Numbered from the stretch's first letter, positions 31,785 through 42,351 are shown. The stretch: 64,000 nucleotides of DNA from Candidatus Bathyarchaeia archaeon (GCA_049512075.1 JBEKXL010000001.1:96001-160000); one strand, 5' to 3'. A program made the numbers and translations. Notes: generated from the sequence alone by a model not told the origin.

Positions 31785-33395
31785 TCACGGAGCTTGTTCC
31801 TCAAATTTCCATTTTTGCGCTAGGAATAATACTACTGCCGTCAGGAACATTTGGAATCCTAGAAGCACCGTGAGGGTTTTTTCCTTGGTAAGTATATTCC
31901 AGAACCAATCGCCAGCAATGGCGTACTCAGCAGCAATCAGACCAGGCCCAGTAAATAATGGGATGACGTAGGAAACCATTTTTCTAGCAGCATTTCCCAA
32001 ATGACGCTTTCGCAAAAAAGCCATTGCAATTCCTAATGCAGTAAGTGAGACTATCGAAGCGACTTCTGTCCAAAAGAAGTTGTAAAGACGAACAATGTAG
32101 AAATCAATTTGCCATATCCCACTTGTCAACTCCAAAGATGCGTTGACAAATCTAACAATGTATCTACCGTCTTCACCTGTATCAAGAGTATAGTCGCTGC
32201 GTTGGTATGGTTGTGTTCCTTGCGGCAGCAAGAATTCGACTATAGTGCCCTGAGTCATATTCAGTTTCCAGTCCCCAGATGCTTTTATGTTGACTACATT
32301 GAAGATAGATGAACAATCATAGGGCCACAGTTGCCCGAAGGTTACGTTGATGGGAACCTCATTGCCAAAGTCGAACGTCACACTCACATCGTAATCATAA
32401 TGGTCCTCGTATAGTTTTGCACGCGGATAGACGATGACTTCTGAATTGTTGTCGACGTAATAAGTACCGTAGTATGCATTATTGGGCTCCGAGAGGCGAT
32501 CATCAAGTTTCGTGTATTGCCCATCAGTGTCAAAAACAGACACAACTTGTATGTCCTTGCCACTAGCGGGAAATAAGACCGGCATTTCAAATATCTGTGG
32601 GACAGTGAGACCATTATACTCTGAGAGAGACTCGAACTCTTGAGTCGTTGTTGCCTTGACGTCGGTGGGTACTGGAAAAATCGATGAAATGTCCATCTTA
32701 AATGTGAAGGACTTGGTTTCAGGATTGTACGGGAACGGCAAGAAGATCGCCGTTATATTAAGTGTTGGTTGGAGTGGTGTGTTTCGCCAAGTCAAAACCT
32801 TGTAGTACTGATCTTTGCTATATTCTGCTCCAGCAGTATAAAAGGGGACGGAGAAATTACTGGGCAAAGTGATGCTTGCCTCGACGGGGATTTCACTGAT
32901 GATATCTGTACCAAAAGCCCATGCTTGAAACGGACTGAAGTATGATGCCCCCTGCATTAGAACCATAATCAAGGACAGATTATACATTGAATGCGGCTGT
33001 ATCGTCACTTCGTCGTATCGGTTCATGATTAAGCCGCTTTCGTTCAAGGGCATGGAGTTATTGCCCAGATTGTCGATAATGTTGGCAGATTGAACTGTCA
33101 GATTGTTAGTTTTCCATATGACAGTACCTTGGGAGATGTTTTTTTGGAAGGGCAAGTCTTCTTCATTAATGAAGAAGTACGAAAGTCTTAGGGTGTTTTG
33201 AATTTTGACATCGTCGACTCTCATCTCACTTGGGAGAGGGGCAGCAAGTTCTATCTTGGAAGCAAATTGATAACCTTCGAATAGGTTTGCAGCTCTACAT
33301 GGGGTTGGTGTTAAGAAAGCAAAGCAAATCAGGACAAATAACAGCAAGAGGGCAATGACATGACTATTAGAACCCACACTAAAGAACTTTTTCAC
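31785..33395 (-). CDS. Hypothetical secreted/membrane protein
   Basis: Signal peptide, beta-rich ectodomain, three C-terminal TM helices. Confidence 0.75.
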   Translation of the reverse strand: MKKFFSVGSNSHVIALLLLFVLICFAFLTPTPCRAANLFEGYQFASKIELAAPLPSEMRVDDVKIQNTLRLSYFFINEEDLPFQKNISQGTVIWKTNNLTVQSANIIDNLGNNSMPLNESGLIMNRYDEVTIQPHSMYNLSLIMVLMQGASYFSPFQAWAFGTDIISEIPVEASITLPSNFSVPFYTAGAEYSKDQYYKVLTWRNTPLQPTLNITAIFLPFPYNPETKSFTFKMDISSIFPVPTDVKATTTQEFESLSEYNGLTVPQIFEMPVLFPASGKDIQVVSVFDTDGQYTKLDDRLSEPNNAYYGTYYVDNNSEVIVYPRAKLYEDHYDYDVSVTFDFGNEVPINVTFGQLWPYDCSSIFNVVNIKASGDWKLNMTQGTIVEFLLPQGTQPYQRSDYTLDTGEDGRYIVRFVNASLELTSGIWQIDFYIVRLYNFFWTEVASIVSLTALGIAMAFLRKRHLGNAARKMVSYVIPLFTGPGLIAAEYAIAGDWFWNILTKEKTLTVLLGFQMFLTAVVLFLAQKWKFEEQAP

Positions 33396-33760
33396 GTATC
33401 GGACAGACCCTGATTGTTCCAGTAGTTACATTTGTGCGGAAGATAAAAAGCTTACGGATTATGGTTCTGGCGCGCTAATGTTTGAGCAATGCAACGATAA
33501 TTGCTAGACTATGGATGCAACTGACACAACGTATGTTACAATAGCGCGCGCAAAACTTTCACAGGGGGTCATATAATATTTTAACTGCATCGTCTAAACA
33601 CGATTCCAACTCGGTTTATTTACAGATTAAAGCGGACCTTACAAACGAAGAGATGGGGGTCAACTCAGAGCCCGCTTCCTCTAGAGCGTCCCCGTCACGC
33701 TCGGAGAATGCAACATTTTCAGGTGGTCAGAAGCTGGCACGCGCTGATGGTCAGAGAATG

Positions 33761-34195
33761 TCAGGCTAGGTTGCTGCTGGAATAGTACAGGAAAGGCAAT
33801 GCGAGCAGAATCGTGTTGCGCCCCCGCGTCGTGAGAGAGTACTTTACCCTCAGCGGTGGACCTTGCTCCACGGATCTCTTGATGTAACCGTACCGGTCTA
33901 GACCTTTCAGCTTGTCGGACAACGTGCGAGAATTCACTCCCAGAATCTTCTTCATCTCGCTGAAACCCGTCGTCTCCCTCAGGAACAATATGTAGAGAAT
34001 TTGGAGACTCCACTTCTGAGACAGCAAGCTGAAGCTCTCTTCGAGACTCTTTATGGTCTCCCTCATGTCCTCCAAACCCAGCTTTTGGTTCCGAAATATC
34101 TCGTCTAGCGTTTCCTCTATGCCCTTTAGGTTGACTCTCATACGAGATTCGACCAGTCTCCTGAGTTCTTCGCTCAGCACGGTTCGGGAGTTCAC
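33761..34195 (-). CDS. HxlR-family winged-helix regulator
   Basis: QKWSLQIL, SRTLSDKLK.L...GYIKR, PPLRVKYSLT. Confidence 0.88.
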   Translation of the reverse strand: MNSRTVLSEELRRLVESRMRVNLKGIEETLDEIFRNQKLGLEDMRETIKSLEESFSLLSQKWSLQILYILFLRETTGFSEMKKILGVNSRTLSDKLKGLDRYGYIKRSVEQGPPLRVKYSLTTRGRNTILLALPFLYYSSSNLA

Positions 34196-34291
34196 ACCTG
34201 CACACCCAGTGTGTGAGTAGTTACTTCACGGTTTATAAGGTTTAACTTTTAAATCTAGTGTGCAGGACACACCAAATCACCTGGTGCCACC

Positions 34292-34879
34292 ATGAAACCA
34301 CTCCCGAAGAAGCTGGAAGAAATCGTCAAAGAAACTATGTCCGTGCTAGACGGAACGGCTCACTCCTACGCGCACGTCGTCCGAGTCGCAAAGATCGCTA
34401 CCATTCTGGCTGAGAAAGAGAAAGCCGACCAAGAGCTTGTGCAGACAGCGGCCCTTCTACACGACATAGGACGCGCGGTCGGTGAACCCCACAACGAAAC
34501 AGGAGCAAAACTCGCACGCGAGATTCTAGAACAGTCAACAAACTATCCTAAGGAAAGAATCGAAAAAATCGTCAAAATAATACTGCTGCACCCTATTGCC
34601 TTCAGAGACAAATTGGAAACCCTAGAAGAAAAGATAGTGTGGGACGCAGACAAAATAGATTTGCTCGGAATAATAGGCATCGCCAGAGTCTTTCACTGGA
34701 TGGGCAAAAAACCCTTCGAGACCATGAGTAACACTTGCTTTAAAGAGTTGAAACCAATCTACAACCTACTGAACACACCCTCCGCCAGAAAAATCGCGAA
34801 AAAAAGACACCGAAGAACAATCGCCTCCCTGTCGGCTTTAGAAAAAGAGCTCTCGACTGAGGATCTGAGAACCGGCTGA
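34292..34879 (+). CDS. HD-domain phosphohydrolase
   Basis: AHSYAHVVRV, ALLHDIG, WDADKID. Confidence 0.9.
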   Translation: MKPLPKKLEEIVKETMSVLDGTAHSYAHVVRVAKIATILAEKEKADQELVQTAALLHDIGRAVGEPHNETGAKLAREILEQSTNYPKERIEKIVKIILLHPIAFRDKLETLEEKIVWDADKIDLLGIIGIARVFHWMGKKPFETMSNTCFKELKPIYNLLNTPSARKIAKKRHRRTIASLSALEKELSTEDLRTG

Positions 34880-34949
34880 AGTTACCATCAGAGTTGCCAG
34901 ATCAAAAGAGTTTTTAGCTCTGCACACGAGTAGGAAGAGGTGTTCAAAC

Positions 34950-35744
34950 TTGTCCTTCCGCGCCAATATAGCTGAGACAGAAAAGAAGAAAGAATCCAAC
35001 ATCGTACTGGCCCTTGACTTTCCCTTCGAAAAACCCGAAAACCGCAAAAACCTGTTCTCCAAAGCCGAGAACCTCCTTGAAGGCGTGCACCCATACCTTT
35101 GCGCTGTAAAATTCAACCATCACCTCATCCTCCCGCTGGGCACGTTTAACGGTGTTGAGAGGCTCGTGAAAAAAGCCCACGACGAGGGATTGATGACCAT
35201 CATGGACTGCAAGGTGAACGACATCGGCGCAACAAACCAAGTCATCGCAGAATACTATTATGCCGCAGGATTCGACGCGTTGATAGCCAACCCTTTCATA
35301 GGATGGGAAGAAGGACTAAAACCGATTTTTGACGTCGCAAGCAGACTGCGCCGCGGCGTAATTCTGCTCATCTACATGAGCCACAGAGCAGCGGCAGAAG
35401 GATACGGACAGACAATCCTCGACGCTGAAACTGGAGAGAAACTGCCTCAATACGTCTCCTTCGCAAAAAAAGCGCTAAAACACGGTGCAGACGGCGCCAT
35501 CGTAGGTGCCACATACCCTGAAAAAATAAGGGAAGTACACGAGATACTCGGCGAAAAAGTCCCAATATACTCGCCCGGAATAGGAGCCCAAGGCGGAACA
35601 GCCCAAGCCGCGCTGATGGCAGGTGCAACCTACCTCATCGTGGGCAGGGAGATAACGCTTGCCGAAAACCCCGCTGAAACAGCAAAGAAAACCAGAGACT
35701 CCGCAAAATCTGCCAAGTGGAGCACTCCGAGGCGTTTCTCATAA
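34950..35744 (+). CDS. pyrF: Orotidine-5'-phosphate decarboxylase
   Basis: LALD, DCKVNDIGAT, VGAT, SPGIGAQGG, IVGR. Confidence 0.95.
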   Translation: MSFRANIAETEKKKESNIVLALDFPFEKPENRKNLFSKAENLLEGVHPYLCAVKFNHHLILPLGTFNGVERLVKKAHDEGLMTIMDCKVNDIGATNQVIAEYYYAAGFDALIANPFIGWEEGLKPIFDVASRLRRGVILLIYMSHRAAAEGYGQTILDAETGEKLPQYVSFAKKALKHGADGAIVGATYPEKIREVHEILGEKVPIYSPGIGAQGGTAQAALMAGATYLIVGREITLAENPAETAKKTRDSAKSAKWSTPRRFS

Positions 35745-35940
35745 ATATCTGTAACACTAATCACAGTAGACTTTGTGTAGCATACCGTTATAGTGTTCCA
35801 TAGTTTATCTCAGTCTCAGATTTAAGACTCTAGACCGTTAAAAACTTTATCATGTTCTGGTCTATTTTGTTTTTTCATACTTTCCTTTGTTGAACGAATA
35901 AAAAAAAGAATATGTTGAAAGTGCAGAACAGAAAAACTTG

Positions 35941-36822
35941 TTACTTAGGAACGATAGGTATGTCCTTGAATATCTTTTCTCGAATTGTCTTTTTCCCGTC
36001 CCTAACAACCACTCTTGAATCTTCATTTTCGATTCCCTTTGGTATTCGCACGTTTCCCCCACTCATTGTGTTAATAAATTCTTCGTAGTGAGGCTCATCT
36101 AGTTTATCCCACCAAGGAAGCTTAACGCCGCCATAAGTGACTGAACATTTCTCTATTGGTCTGTCATTCTGCAAAATTCTAATGCTCCAGCTACTCTTGA
36201 TAGGCTTGTCACTCTCTTCTTGAAATCGTAAAAGCGAGAACTGGGACTTCAATGATTCTTTTGCTTCTTTTCGCTTCAATTCTTCAATATCCTTTTTCAG
36301 TTTTTCCAATTCTTTAGTTTTCTCTTTCTTTGTTGCTTTCTGTTTCTTTTTTATGCCTTCAAATTTCTTTGTCAATGAGTCCACAATTTCGGCTATAATC
36401 GAAACACCAACGAATGTAAAGGTGAGCCAACCGCCAGAGCAAAATAGAAAAATCGAGAATTCCATTAGAGAGGTGTGGTAGATGTCACTCCCAAGCCAGA
36501 ACATACTTAAAATGAATGAAAGCGAAAAGAGGGCGAATGCCACAACAATCCCAAAACCAAAAGACCAAGGAAGCACCCTTATCTTGTTTATTTCTTTCTG
36601 TTTTTGTCTGAGTTTTTTCCAATCATCATCAGGAGAGTCCCCTGTTAGCTTGCTATGGTCTTCGTCAAATTTCTTAATCAAGTCCTCTAGCGTTTCTGCC
36701 CTCTGTTCAAATATCTCGGTAGATATGGGCGTTAACAGAGCATAAACCGCCAATACGAGTCCCATTCCTGTAAGGCTTGCCTCAAGCAAGACTGAAATCA
36801 CGGTTTCAGATACCATGTTCAA
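35941..36822 (-). CDS. Hypothetical membrane protein with coiled coil
   Basis: Three TM helices, K/E-rich coiled coil, soluble C-terminal domain; low GC. Confidence 0.7.
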   Translation of the reverse strand: MNMVSETVISVLLEASLTGMGLVLAVYALLTPISTEIFEQRAETLEDLIKKFDEDHSKLTGDSPDDDWKKLRQKQKEINKIRVLPWSFGFGIVVAFALFSLSFILSMFWLGSDIYHTSLMEFSIFLFCSGGWLTFTFVGVSIIAEIVDSLTKKFEGIKKKQKATKKEKTKELEKLKKDIEELKRKEAKESLKSQFSLLRFQEESDKPIKSSWSIRILQNDRPIEKCSVTYGGVKLPWWDKLDEPHYEEFINTMSGGNVRIPKGIENEDSRVVVRDGKKTIREKIFKDIPIVPK

Positions 36823-36835
36823 CTATTCCTTTAAC

Positions 36836-37309
36836 CTATGAATTTACCGTCAAGCTTTGTGTCTCGCTGCCAAATTTCGTATCGTTTTCGTCATAGAAAT
36901 TAAGACGTATTTGATAGGTGCTCTTTGAGGCTCCGCCTGTAAGTGTTCCAATTACTTTAAAATTATAGGTTGATTGCTGGGAAGATTGAAGCTGTATATC
37001 GTAGTACTGCACTCCATTGTTATCTCGATACAAACCCACATTGTTTATGTAAAAAGTCACGTTAGTAACATTGAACCTCGCTGTGACGTTATGTTGATTT
37101 GATGCATCATTGTTTTTAATCGTAAAACTCAGAGTAGCATGGTCACTGACCATCATCTCGCTCGGATATAAGTTGACATTACTCACTTGAAGGGTTGGAA
37201 CTTGTGAACTCAGTATTATAACGTAAGCGGAAATGCTAATAAGAGCCAGAAAAAAAAGTACTACTGCTACGCCAAATCTACTTATTCCAGAGTTTGACCG
37301 AAAGTGCAT
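36836..37309 (-). CDS. Membrane-anchored Ig-like/CARDB-like exported protein
   Basis: N-terminal hydrophobic helix, beta-rich body with N-glycosylation sequons. Confidence 0.65.
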   Translation of the reverse strand: MHFRSNSGISRFGVAVVLFFLALISISAYVIILSSQVPTLQVSNVNLYPSEMMVSDHATLSFTIKNNDASNQHNVTARFNVTNVTFYINNVGLYRDNNGVQYYDIQLQSSQQSTYNFKVIGTLTGGASKSTYQIRLNFYDENDTKFGSETQSLTVNS

Positions 37310-37449
37310 ACTTTTGAATCTCCTGAATTCATCAATAGAATCAAAGGCTTTTAAGTTTAACTATTAGGCTTTATAGGAGAATTGCGAAAGCAAGAAAGAC
37401 AGAAATCTTGAATCTGCACAGCAACAGAAGACAAACTAGAGGTTCAAAA

Positions 37450-38148
37450 ATGAGTGAAAAGAAGGCTATTGCGTCGAACCTGGGTATTCCTGATTTGCAT
37501 CAGGTCAAGAACCCAGAGGCTTTAGGCGGTCAGGAAAAGAAGTTGTGGAAGAAAATTGAGCCAATTCTTGACGAGTTGCTTGAAGAGTTGAAGGCAAAAG
37601 GGAAAATTGAGACATCTTATGTCGAAAGCAAAGTGAACCATCTTAAGAGTATTATAGAGAATTTGAATATGATTAGCATCAACAACAATCTTCTGGTTCA
37701 TATAGCTGATAGCATTGGCAAGGCTCGACGTTTTGTTGAAGTCGTTTCTGAGTTTGGTTTTACAGACTCTAGTTCTACTCACCCATATGTGGAAGTAAGT
37801 GCATTATTATCTATACAAAACTTCGAATGTTTTAAGACACTTCTTCTTTTTCATCTCAGAGACGTTGATTTTCGTGCTGGCAATTTTAATAAAACAATGG
37901 AAAAGTTTGCTCAAAAGGCGTGGGAAAAACTAGAACCCTACCTAGACAACGAATTTCGAAATTCACTTTCTCATGGAACGTGGGCAATAGAAAACAAGAA
38001 AATCGTTCTTTTCAAAGATGCGGACCTCATACCTTTTGAGAAATTAGAATTGTTTCAGTTCACGATTAGAGCAAAGAAGCAAAACGTTCTTTATGCTTGT
38101 TTGTTTAACCTGATAGACAGAAAGAGAAAGGAAGGCTTCTTTGCATAG
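37450..38148 (+). CDS. Hypothetical helical protein with HEPN-like RxxxxH motif
   Basis: EFRNSLSHGTW near the C-terminus; ATG at 37450 after GAGG. Confidence 0.6.
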   Translation: MSEKKAIASNLGIPDLHQVKNPEALGGQEKKLWKKIEPILDELLEELKAKGKIETSYVESKVNHLKSIIENLNMISINNNLLVHIADSIGKARRFVEVVSEFGFTDSSSTHPYVEVSALLSIQNFECFKTLLLFHLRDVDFRAGNFNKTMEKFAQKAWEKLEPYLDNEFRNSLSHGTWAIENKKIVLFKDADLIPFEKLELFQFTIRAKKQNVLYACLFNLIDRKRKEGFFA

Positions 38149-38536
38149 TGAATTCGGGTCTATCAGTCACGGCATAGAAAAGGCTCTAGTCAAGCTGAAA
38201 GAATCCTATAAGAAGAGAGGATGATAGACAGTATATACCTAATTAAGAACCATTATTAATTAATACTTATTATTACTAGGACTAGACATCTAAACATACG
38301 GTAAATACCACTATGAATGATCATAGTGTCTGTCTCTGTATTTCTAGTTACTCAGTGAATTTGCTTTAGTATGGATACTGTTCTCTAGAGCCTAAAATTC
38401 TTTAGTTATGGGAGTATCAGAGTAGTTCATAGCAGAGTATCATTACCTGGTTTAACTAGAGTCCACATGAAAACTTAGCTGCATGGCCACTGAACTACAT
38501 AGACCATTATACTTAATGATAGTTTGACCCGGCGGG

Positions 38537-39213
38537 TTAGGATTCTGTGTGTCTTTTTTGTGCAAGAATGATGTACCCTCTCACCCAGTTCTTGTGATAG
38601 TAGCTCGTGAACACGTCTTCTTCAAAATCGATAATGCGGAAGTCTTTCAGAAGATTGAGGATTTCCCTCCGGGTGAAATGATGACTGAAATGTAGAATCC
38701 TCCCGGCTTCATCCTTGACCGTGACTGTGCCCAACTCACCCGTGTCTTTAACATCGTCTCTGTACCTCTTTGCATACACTGGATTTTCCCAAGTTCGACC
38801 AAACTCCTCGACCAAAACATAACCACGCGTCTTGAGAACCCTATCAACTTCACTGACTATTCTGGACATCTCAGGTTTCGAAGCCAGAGTGAGAACGCCC
38901 AGCATCGTAGCTCCATCGAAGCAAGAATCTGGGAAGCACAAGTTTTCAGCGTCGTTGAGCAGGAAGCCCGCTTCTTTGACTCCCGTGATTTTGTCGCTTC
39001 CTGAGCTAGTCGTATCTGAGCCCTATCAACGTCTACACCGAAAACTCTGAAGCCGTTTTCATGCAGGAAAAAACAGGCTCTTCCATAGCCACAACCAACT
39101 TCCAAAATGCTTTTTTTCGAATCACCTTTAATCGCGTCGACAAGCCTTGTGGGCAAGGGAATCGTGTAGGGTCTACTTTCACCGCAAATTTTCATCTTCC
39201 ACGTCTTTCCCAA
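38537..39213 (-). pseudogene. Class I SAM methyltransferase, frameshifted at ~38982-38984
   Basis: ILEVGCGYGR..GVD in one frame; GFLLNDAENLCFPDSCFD..RVLKTRG in the other; one extra G in the G-run restores the frame. Confidence 0.75.
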
Positions 39214-39507
39214 AGCTCTTTCTTCAGCAAATCCCTCACTGAAGACCTAATCGCCGAACTCCTGCTCGGATACATGTTCGCTCTGACAAGCTCATCTAAA
39301 CCCTCCAAATAAGCTTCCGGCAATAACACAGTTACAAGTTTCAAGCTGCACCCTCCCTGAACATGTTATGCATATAACATGCATCGAATATAAGATTTGA
39401 CCCGAGACTCAAAGGTAATTCTTCAGAAAGAGCACAGTCGAAAACAGCTGCTGAGCGGCGAATACGCAAATCATAAAAAACAAATCAACTAACAGTCTAC
39501 AAAGGTT

Positions 39508-40719
39508 GTGACCTCAGTGGAAGCTTTCTCTCCCAAGACATTTGTCGAAAACGCAATCGCGGAGATGAAGAAGAGCATCGGTGATGAGAAGGCGTTGGTA
39601 GCTGTTTCTGGAGGGGTTGACAGCACATCGTGCGCCGTGTTGACGCACAAGGCGATTGGCGAAAATCTTGTTTGTGTAATCTTGGACGACGCTTTCATGC
39701 GGCAAGGTGAACCGGAGCATGTTGCCGAAACACTGTCGAAATCGCCGTTCAGTGTGCCCGTGAAAATAGTCAACGTTCATGATCGTTTTATGCAGGCAAT
39801 GAAGGGGCTGAGGGACGCTGAAGAAAAACGCAAAGCCTTCCGCGAGACCTTCTACACGGTTTTGGGCGAAACAGCCAAAAACGAAGGCTGTAAGATTCTG
39901 GTTCAAGGCACCATACGCGCCGACGTGATCGAAACAGTGGGAGGCGTAAAGACTCGGCACAATGTTTTAGAACAGATGGGCATAAACCCGAATCAACGGT
40001 TCGGCTTCAAAGTTGTCGAACCCCTCGTGCGATTGTCAAAGGAACAGGTCAGGATGGCTGCAAGGCATTTGGGGCTGCCGACGGAGTTTTCTGAACGACA
40101 ACCTTTTCCAGGGCCCGGCCTGTCGGTGCGGGTGGTCGGAGAAATCCGTCCAGACAAGCTAGAGACCCTGAAGACGGCCACGACCATCGTTGAACATGAG
40201 CTTGCACTTCACAAGCCCGGACAGTATTTCGCGGTCATCGTCGACAACGAAGAGGCTTCGCAGACTTCGAAGGCCCTTCACGTTCAAGAGACCGTCGCGC
40301 ATCTTCTCAACGTTCCATCAAGGAACGTCCACATCAGAGTCTTCGCGGACAATGCCACTGGCGTTGAGGGTGGCAAAAGACGTTACGGCGAGATAGTCGG
40401 GATTAAAGTTCAAACAATGGATGGTAAGCTTCACCAGACTGGCATTCAGAACCTCGTTTCTGTTCAGGCAAGGATAATAACCGAAAACCCGCCCGTTGCG
40501 AGAGTTTTCTACGCAGTGAAAGATTCAGCTCAGAAAAGGTCCTACGTCATAGGCATAAGGTCTGTACAGACGAAAGACTTCTTGACAGCGGAAGTTTCGG
40601 AAATACCCTGGACGACGTTGGACAAGATTGGTGAAGAAATCGTTGAGCAGTGCACGGACGTGTCAACGGTCTATTATGATGTCACTCCTAAGCCGCCTGC
40701 AACAATCGAAATGGAATAG
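39508..40719 (+). CDS. guaAB: GMP synthase ATP-pyrophosphatase subunit (B)
   Basis: VSGGVDS, EEKRKAF, VQGTI, RQPFPGPGLSVR, YDVTPKPPATIEME. Confidence 0.9.
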   Translation: MTSVEAFSPKTFVENAIAEMKKSIGDEKALVAVSGGVDSTSCAVLTHKAIGENLVCVILDDAFMRQGEPEHVAETLSKSPFSVPVKIVNVHDRFMQAMKGLRDAEEKRKAFRETFYTVLGETAKNEGCKILVQGTIRADVIETVGGVKTRHNVLEQMGINPNQRFGFKVVEPLVRLSKEQVRMAARHLGLPTEFSERQPFPGPGLSVRVVGEIRPDKLETLKTATTIVEHELALHKPGQYFAVIVDNEEASQTSKALHVQETVAHLLNVPSRNVHIRVFADNATGVEGGKRRYGEIVGIKVQTMDGKLHQTGIQNLVSVQARIITENPPVARVFYAVKDSAQKRSYVIGIRSVQTKDFLTAEVSEIPWTTLDKIGEEIVEQCTDVSTVYYDVTPKPPATIEME

Positions 40720-40772
40720 GACACGCTAGAAAGGTATAAAACCTCTGGGACATTCTACTGTGATGAAAAGCC

Positions 40773-41099
40773 ATGTTCCGCGTAAGAGTGAACAAGATTG
40801 AATCCATTCGAGACATTGACGGCAACCTTGGAAAACGCATTGAGCTAATTGAAGACAGACAGATACCAAACTTTGTGGTTAGACCGCAAACCGAAGAAGC
40901 CAAGATGGTACAAGACGTAATGCAGGCTCTGCAACAGCAGATGCCGATGTTCCCAATGAGAACGGAGGTAGCGATTCCAAAAATAATCCTGTTCTTAACC
41001 GAGCAAGAGTACGAGAGCCTGGGAATCGAGTTCGACGTAAACCAAATCTACGAAATAACGCTCGAAAACCAGACGCTGAAGTTCATGAAAACTGCATGA
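40773..41099 (+). CDS. Arcadin-1-like protein
   Basis: Resembles Pyrobaculum arcadin-1 as recalled: GKRIELIEDR..P, PKIILFLTEQEYESLG..DVNQIYEI. Confidence 0.6.
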   Translation: MFRVRVNKIESIRDIDGNLGKRIELIEDRQIPNFVVRPQTEEAKMVQDVMQALQQQMPMFPMRTEVAIPKIILFLTEQEYESLGIEFDVNQIYEITLENQTLKFMKTA

Positions 41100-41433
41100 T
41101 CTCTTTTCTAACATGCCTCAGGGCCTGATGTCTTGGATGGAAAGACAGGACAAACATCATGTTCCTTAACGCCGCGCACACTTCTTCCATGTTGGACTTG
41201 CCGTTGCTGCTACAGTAGATGGGGATAGGCTCTTCGTCGCCTGTTTTATAGTAGACGTAGATCGGGGTGAAATTCTTCCTGAATGTCTTGATTTCAAAGT
41301 TCAGCTTCAGGAACCTGGCCATTTTTTCCGCAGCCATACTGACCGGCTTCAATCTTTTCTGACTGAAAGAAGAAGCGTAGACAAACAACTCTCCGCAGGA
41401 ACAATCCAACATCCTCGACACCTTACGAACCAA
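41083..41433 (-). CDS. Hypothetical protein
   Basis: 116-aa ORF filling the gap between neighbours; PIYVYYK..EPIPIYC, FVLSFHP. Confidence 0.65.
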   Translation of the reverse strand: MVRKVSRMLDCSCGELFVYASSFSQKRLKPVSMAAEKMARFLKLNFEIKTFRKNFTPIYVYYKTGDEEPIPIYCSSNGKSNMEEVCAALRNMMFVLSFHPRHQALRHVRKEIMQFS

Positions 41434-41528
41434 CGCGGCGCGAATAACATTTAAGACAGGTGTTGAAGCAACACGTTTACGCGGTGGAGAGAGATAAGTG
41501 AAAGTGAACGCTTGAGCAGTGAAAACCG

Positions 41529-41804
41529 ATGAAGGCCAGAGCGCACGTCTTCATTAGCGGCAGAGTTCAGGGGGTGTTCTTCAGATCTGAAACTAGGTAT
41601 GAAGCGAGAAAGCACGGCGTGACCGGTTGGGTGCGCAACCTGCCAGACGACAGGGTTGAGGCTGTTTTTGAGGGTGAAGAAGAAAACGTAAAGAAGCTTC
41701 TGGAATTCTGCGGGAGAGGACCACCTGGAGCTAAAGTCGCAAGCGCAGACGTGACCTGGGAAAACTATTATGGAGAGTTCAGAGACTTCGAAATACAACA
41801 CTAG
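41529..41804 (+). CDS. acyP: Acylphosphatase
   Basis: SGRVQGVFFR, GWVRNLPDDRVEAVFEG. Confidence 0.96.
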   Translation: MKARAHVFISGRVQGVFFRSETRYEARKHGVTGWVRNLPDDRVEAVFEGEEENVKKLLEFCGRGPPGAKVASADVTWENYYGEFRDFEIQH

Positions 41805-41835
41805 GAGAAGTCTCGGGCTTCCGCAGTTGCTACGC

Positions 41836-42258
41836 TCAGGTTCTATTCTTTGGCACCCTGAAGTGTGAAGCTTTTCCAGCGCTCACGTAGTCTCCCCCAG
41901 CACCACGTACGACTGAAGCTATTTTTGAAAAGTTGTCTGAACCGAGAAACTGCCGCGGTTTTATCATGATGTAATCGTCTTTCTCCTCGAAGCTCAGCAG
42001 GTTTTCTAGATCTTCTGGAAACATCATCTTCACGTCCTCTATCACTTTTGATTTTTCTAGAGACTGTGGCGCTCCAGGTACAGGCTGAGACAATGCTGGT
42101 GCTGGATGGGCCGCTATCGGCTGAGTTATCTGCGAGACAGCGAGAGACTTCAAGGATGCTGAAACCTGCCTCAAATCGTCCATGATGCCGTTCATAATCA
42201 GAACAAGCTCGTCAACTCTCTTGGTGAGAGCTTCAATTTTCTCTTTATCCGCGCTCAT
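41836..42258 (-). CDS. Hypothetical protein (coiled coil, Pro linker, small C-terminal domain)
   Basis: 140-aa ORF with SD-like GGAAG upstream. Confidence 0.7.
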   Translation of the reverse strand: MSADKEKIEALTKRVDELVLIMNGIMDDLRQVSASLKSLAVSQITQPIAAHPAPALSQPVPGAPQSLEKSKVIEDVKMMFPEDLENLLSFEEKDDYIMIKPRQFLGSDNFSKIASVVRGAGGDYVSAGKASHFRVPKNRT

Positions 42259-42351
42259 ACACTTCCTTCCTTACAAATCCTTAATACTCAACGCATTTAT
42301 TAATGGTTTTTGACTCTTCCAACAATTCGAAGACTGGAGCGAACCTCACGC

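Noticed and set aside
38940-39010. Methyltransferase split as an intron or programmed frameshift
   Set aside because: One missing G in a homopolymer explains it; no insert or stimulatory structure seen
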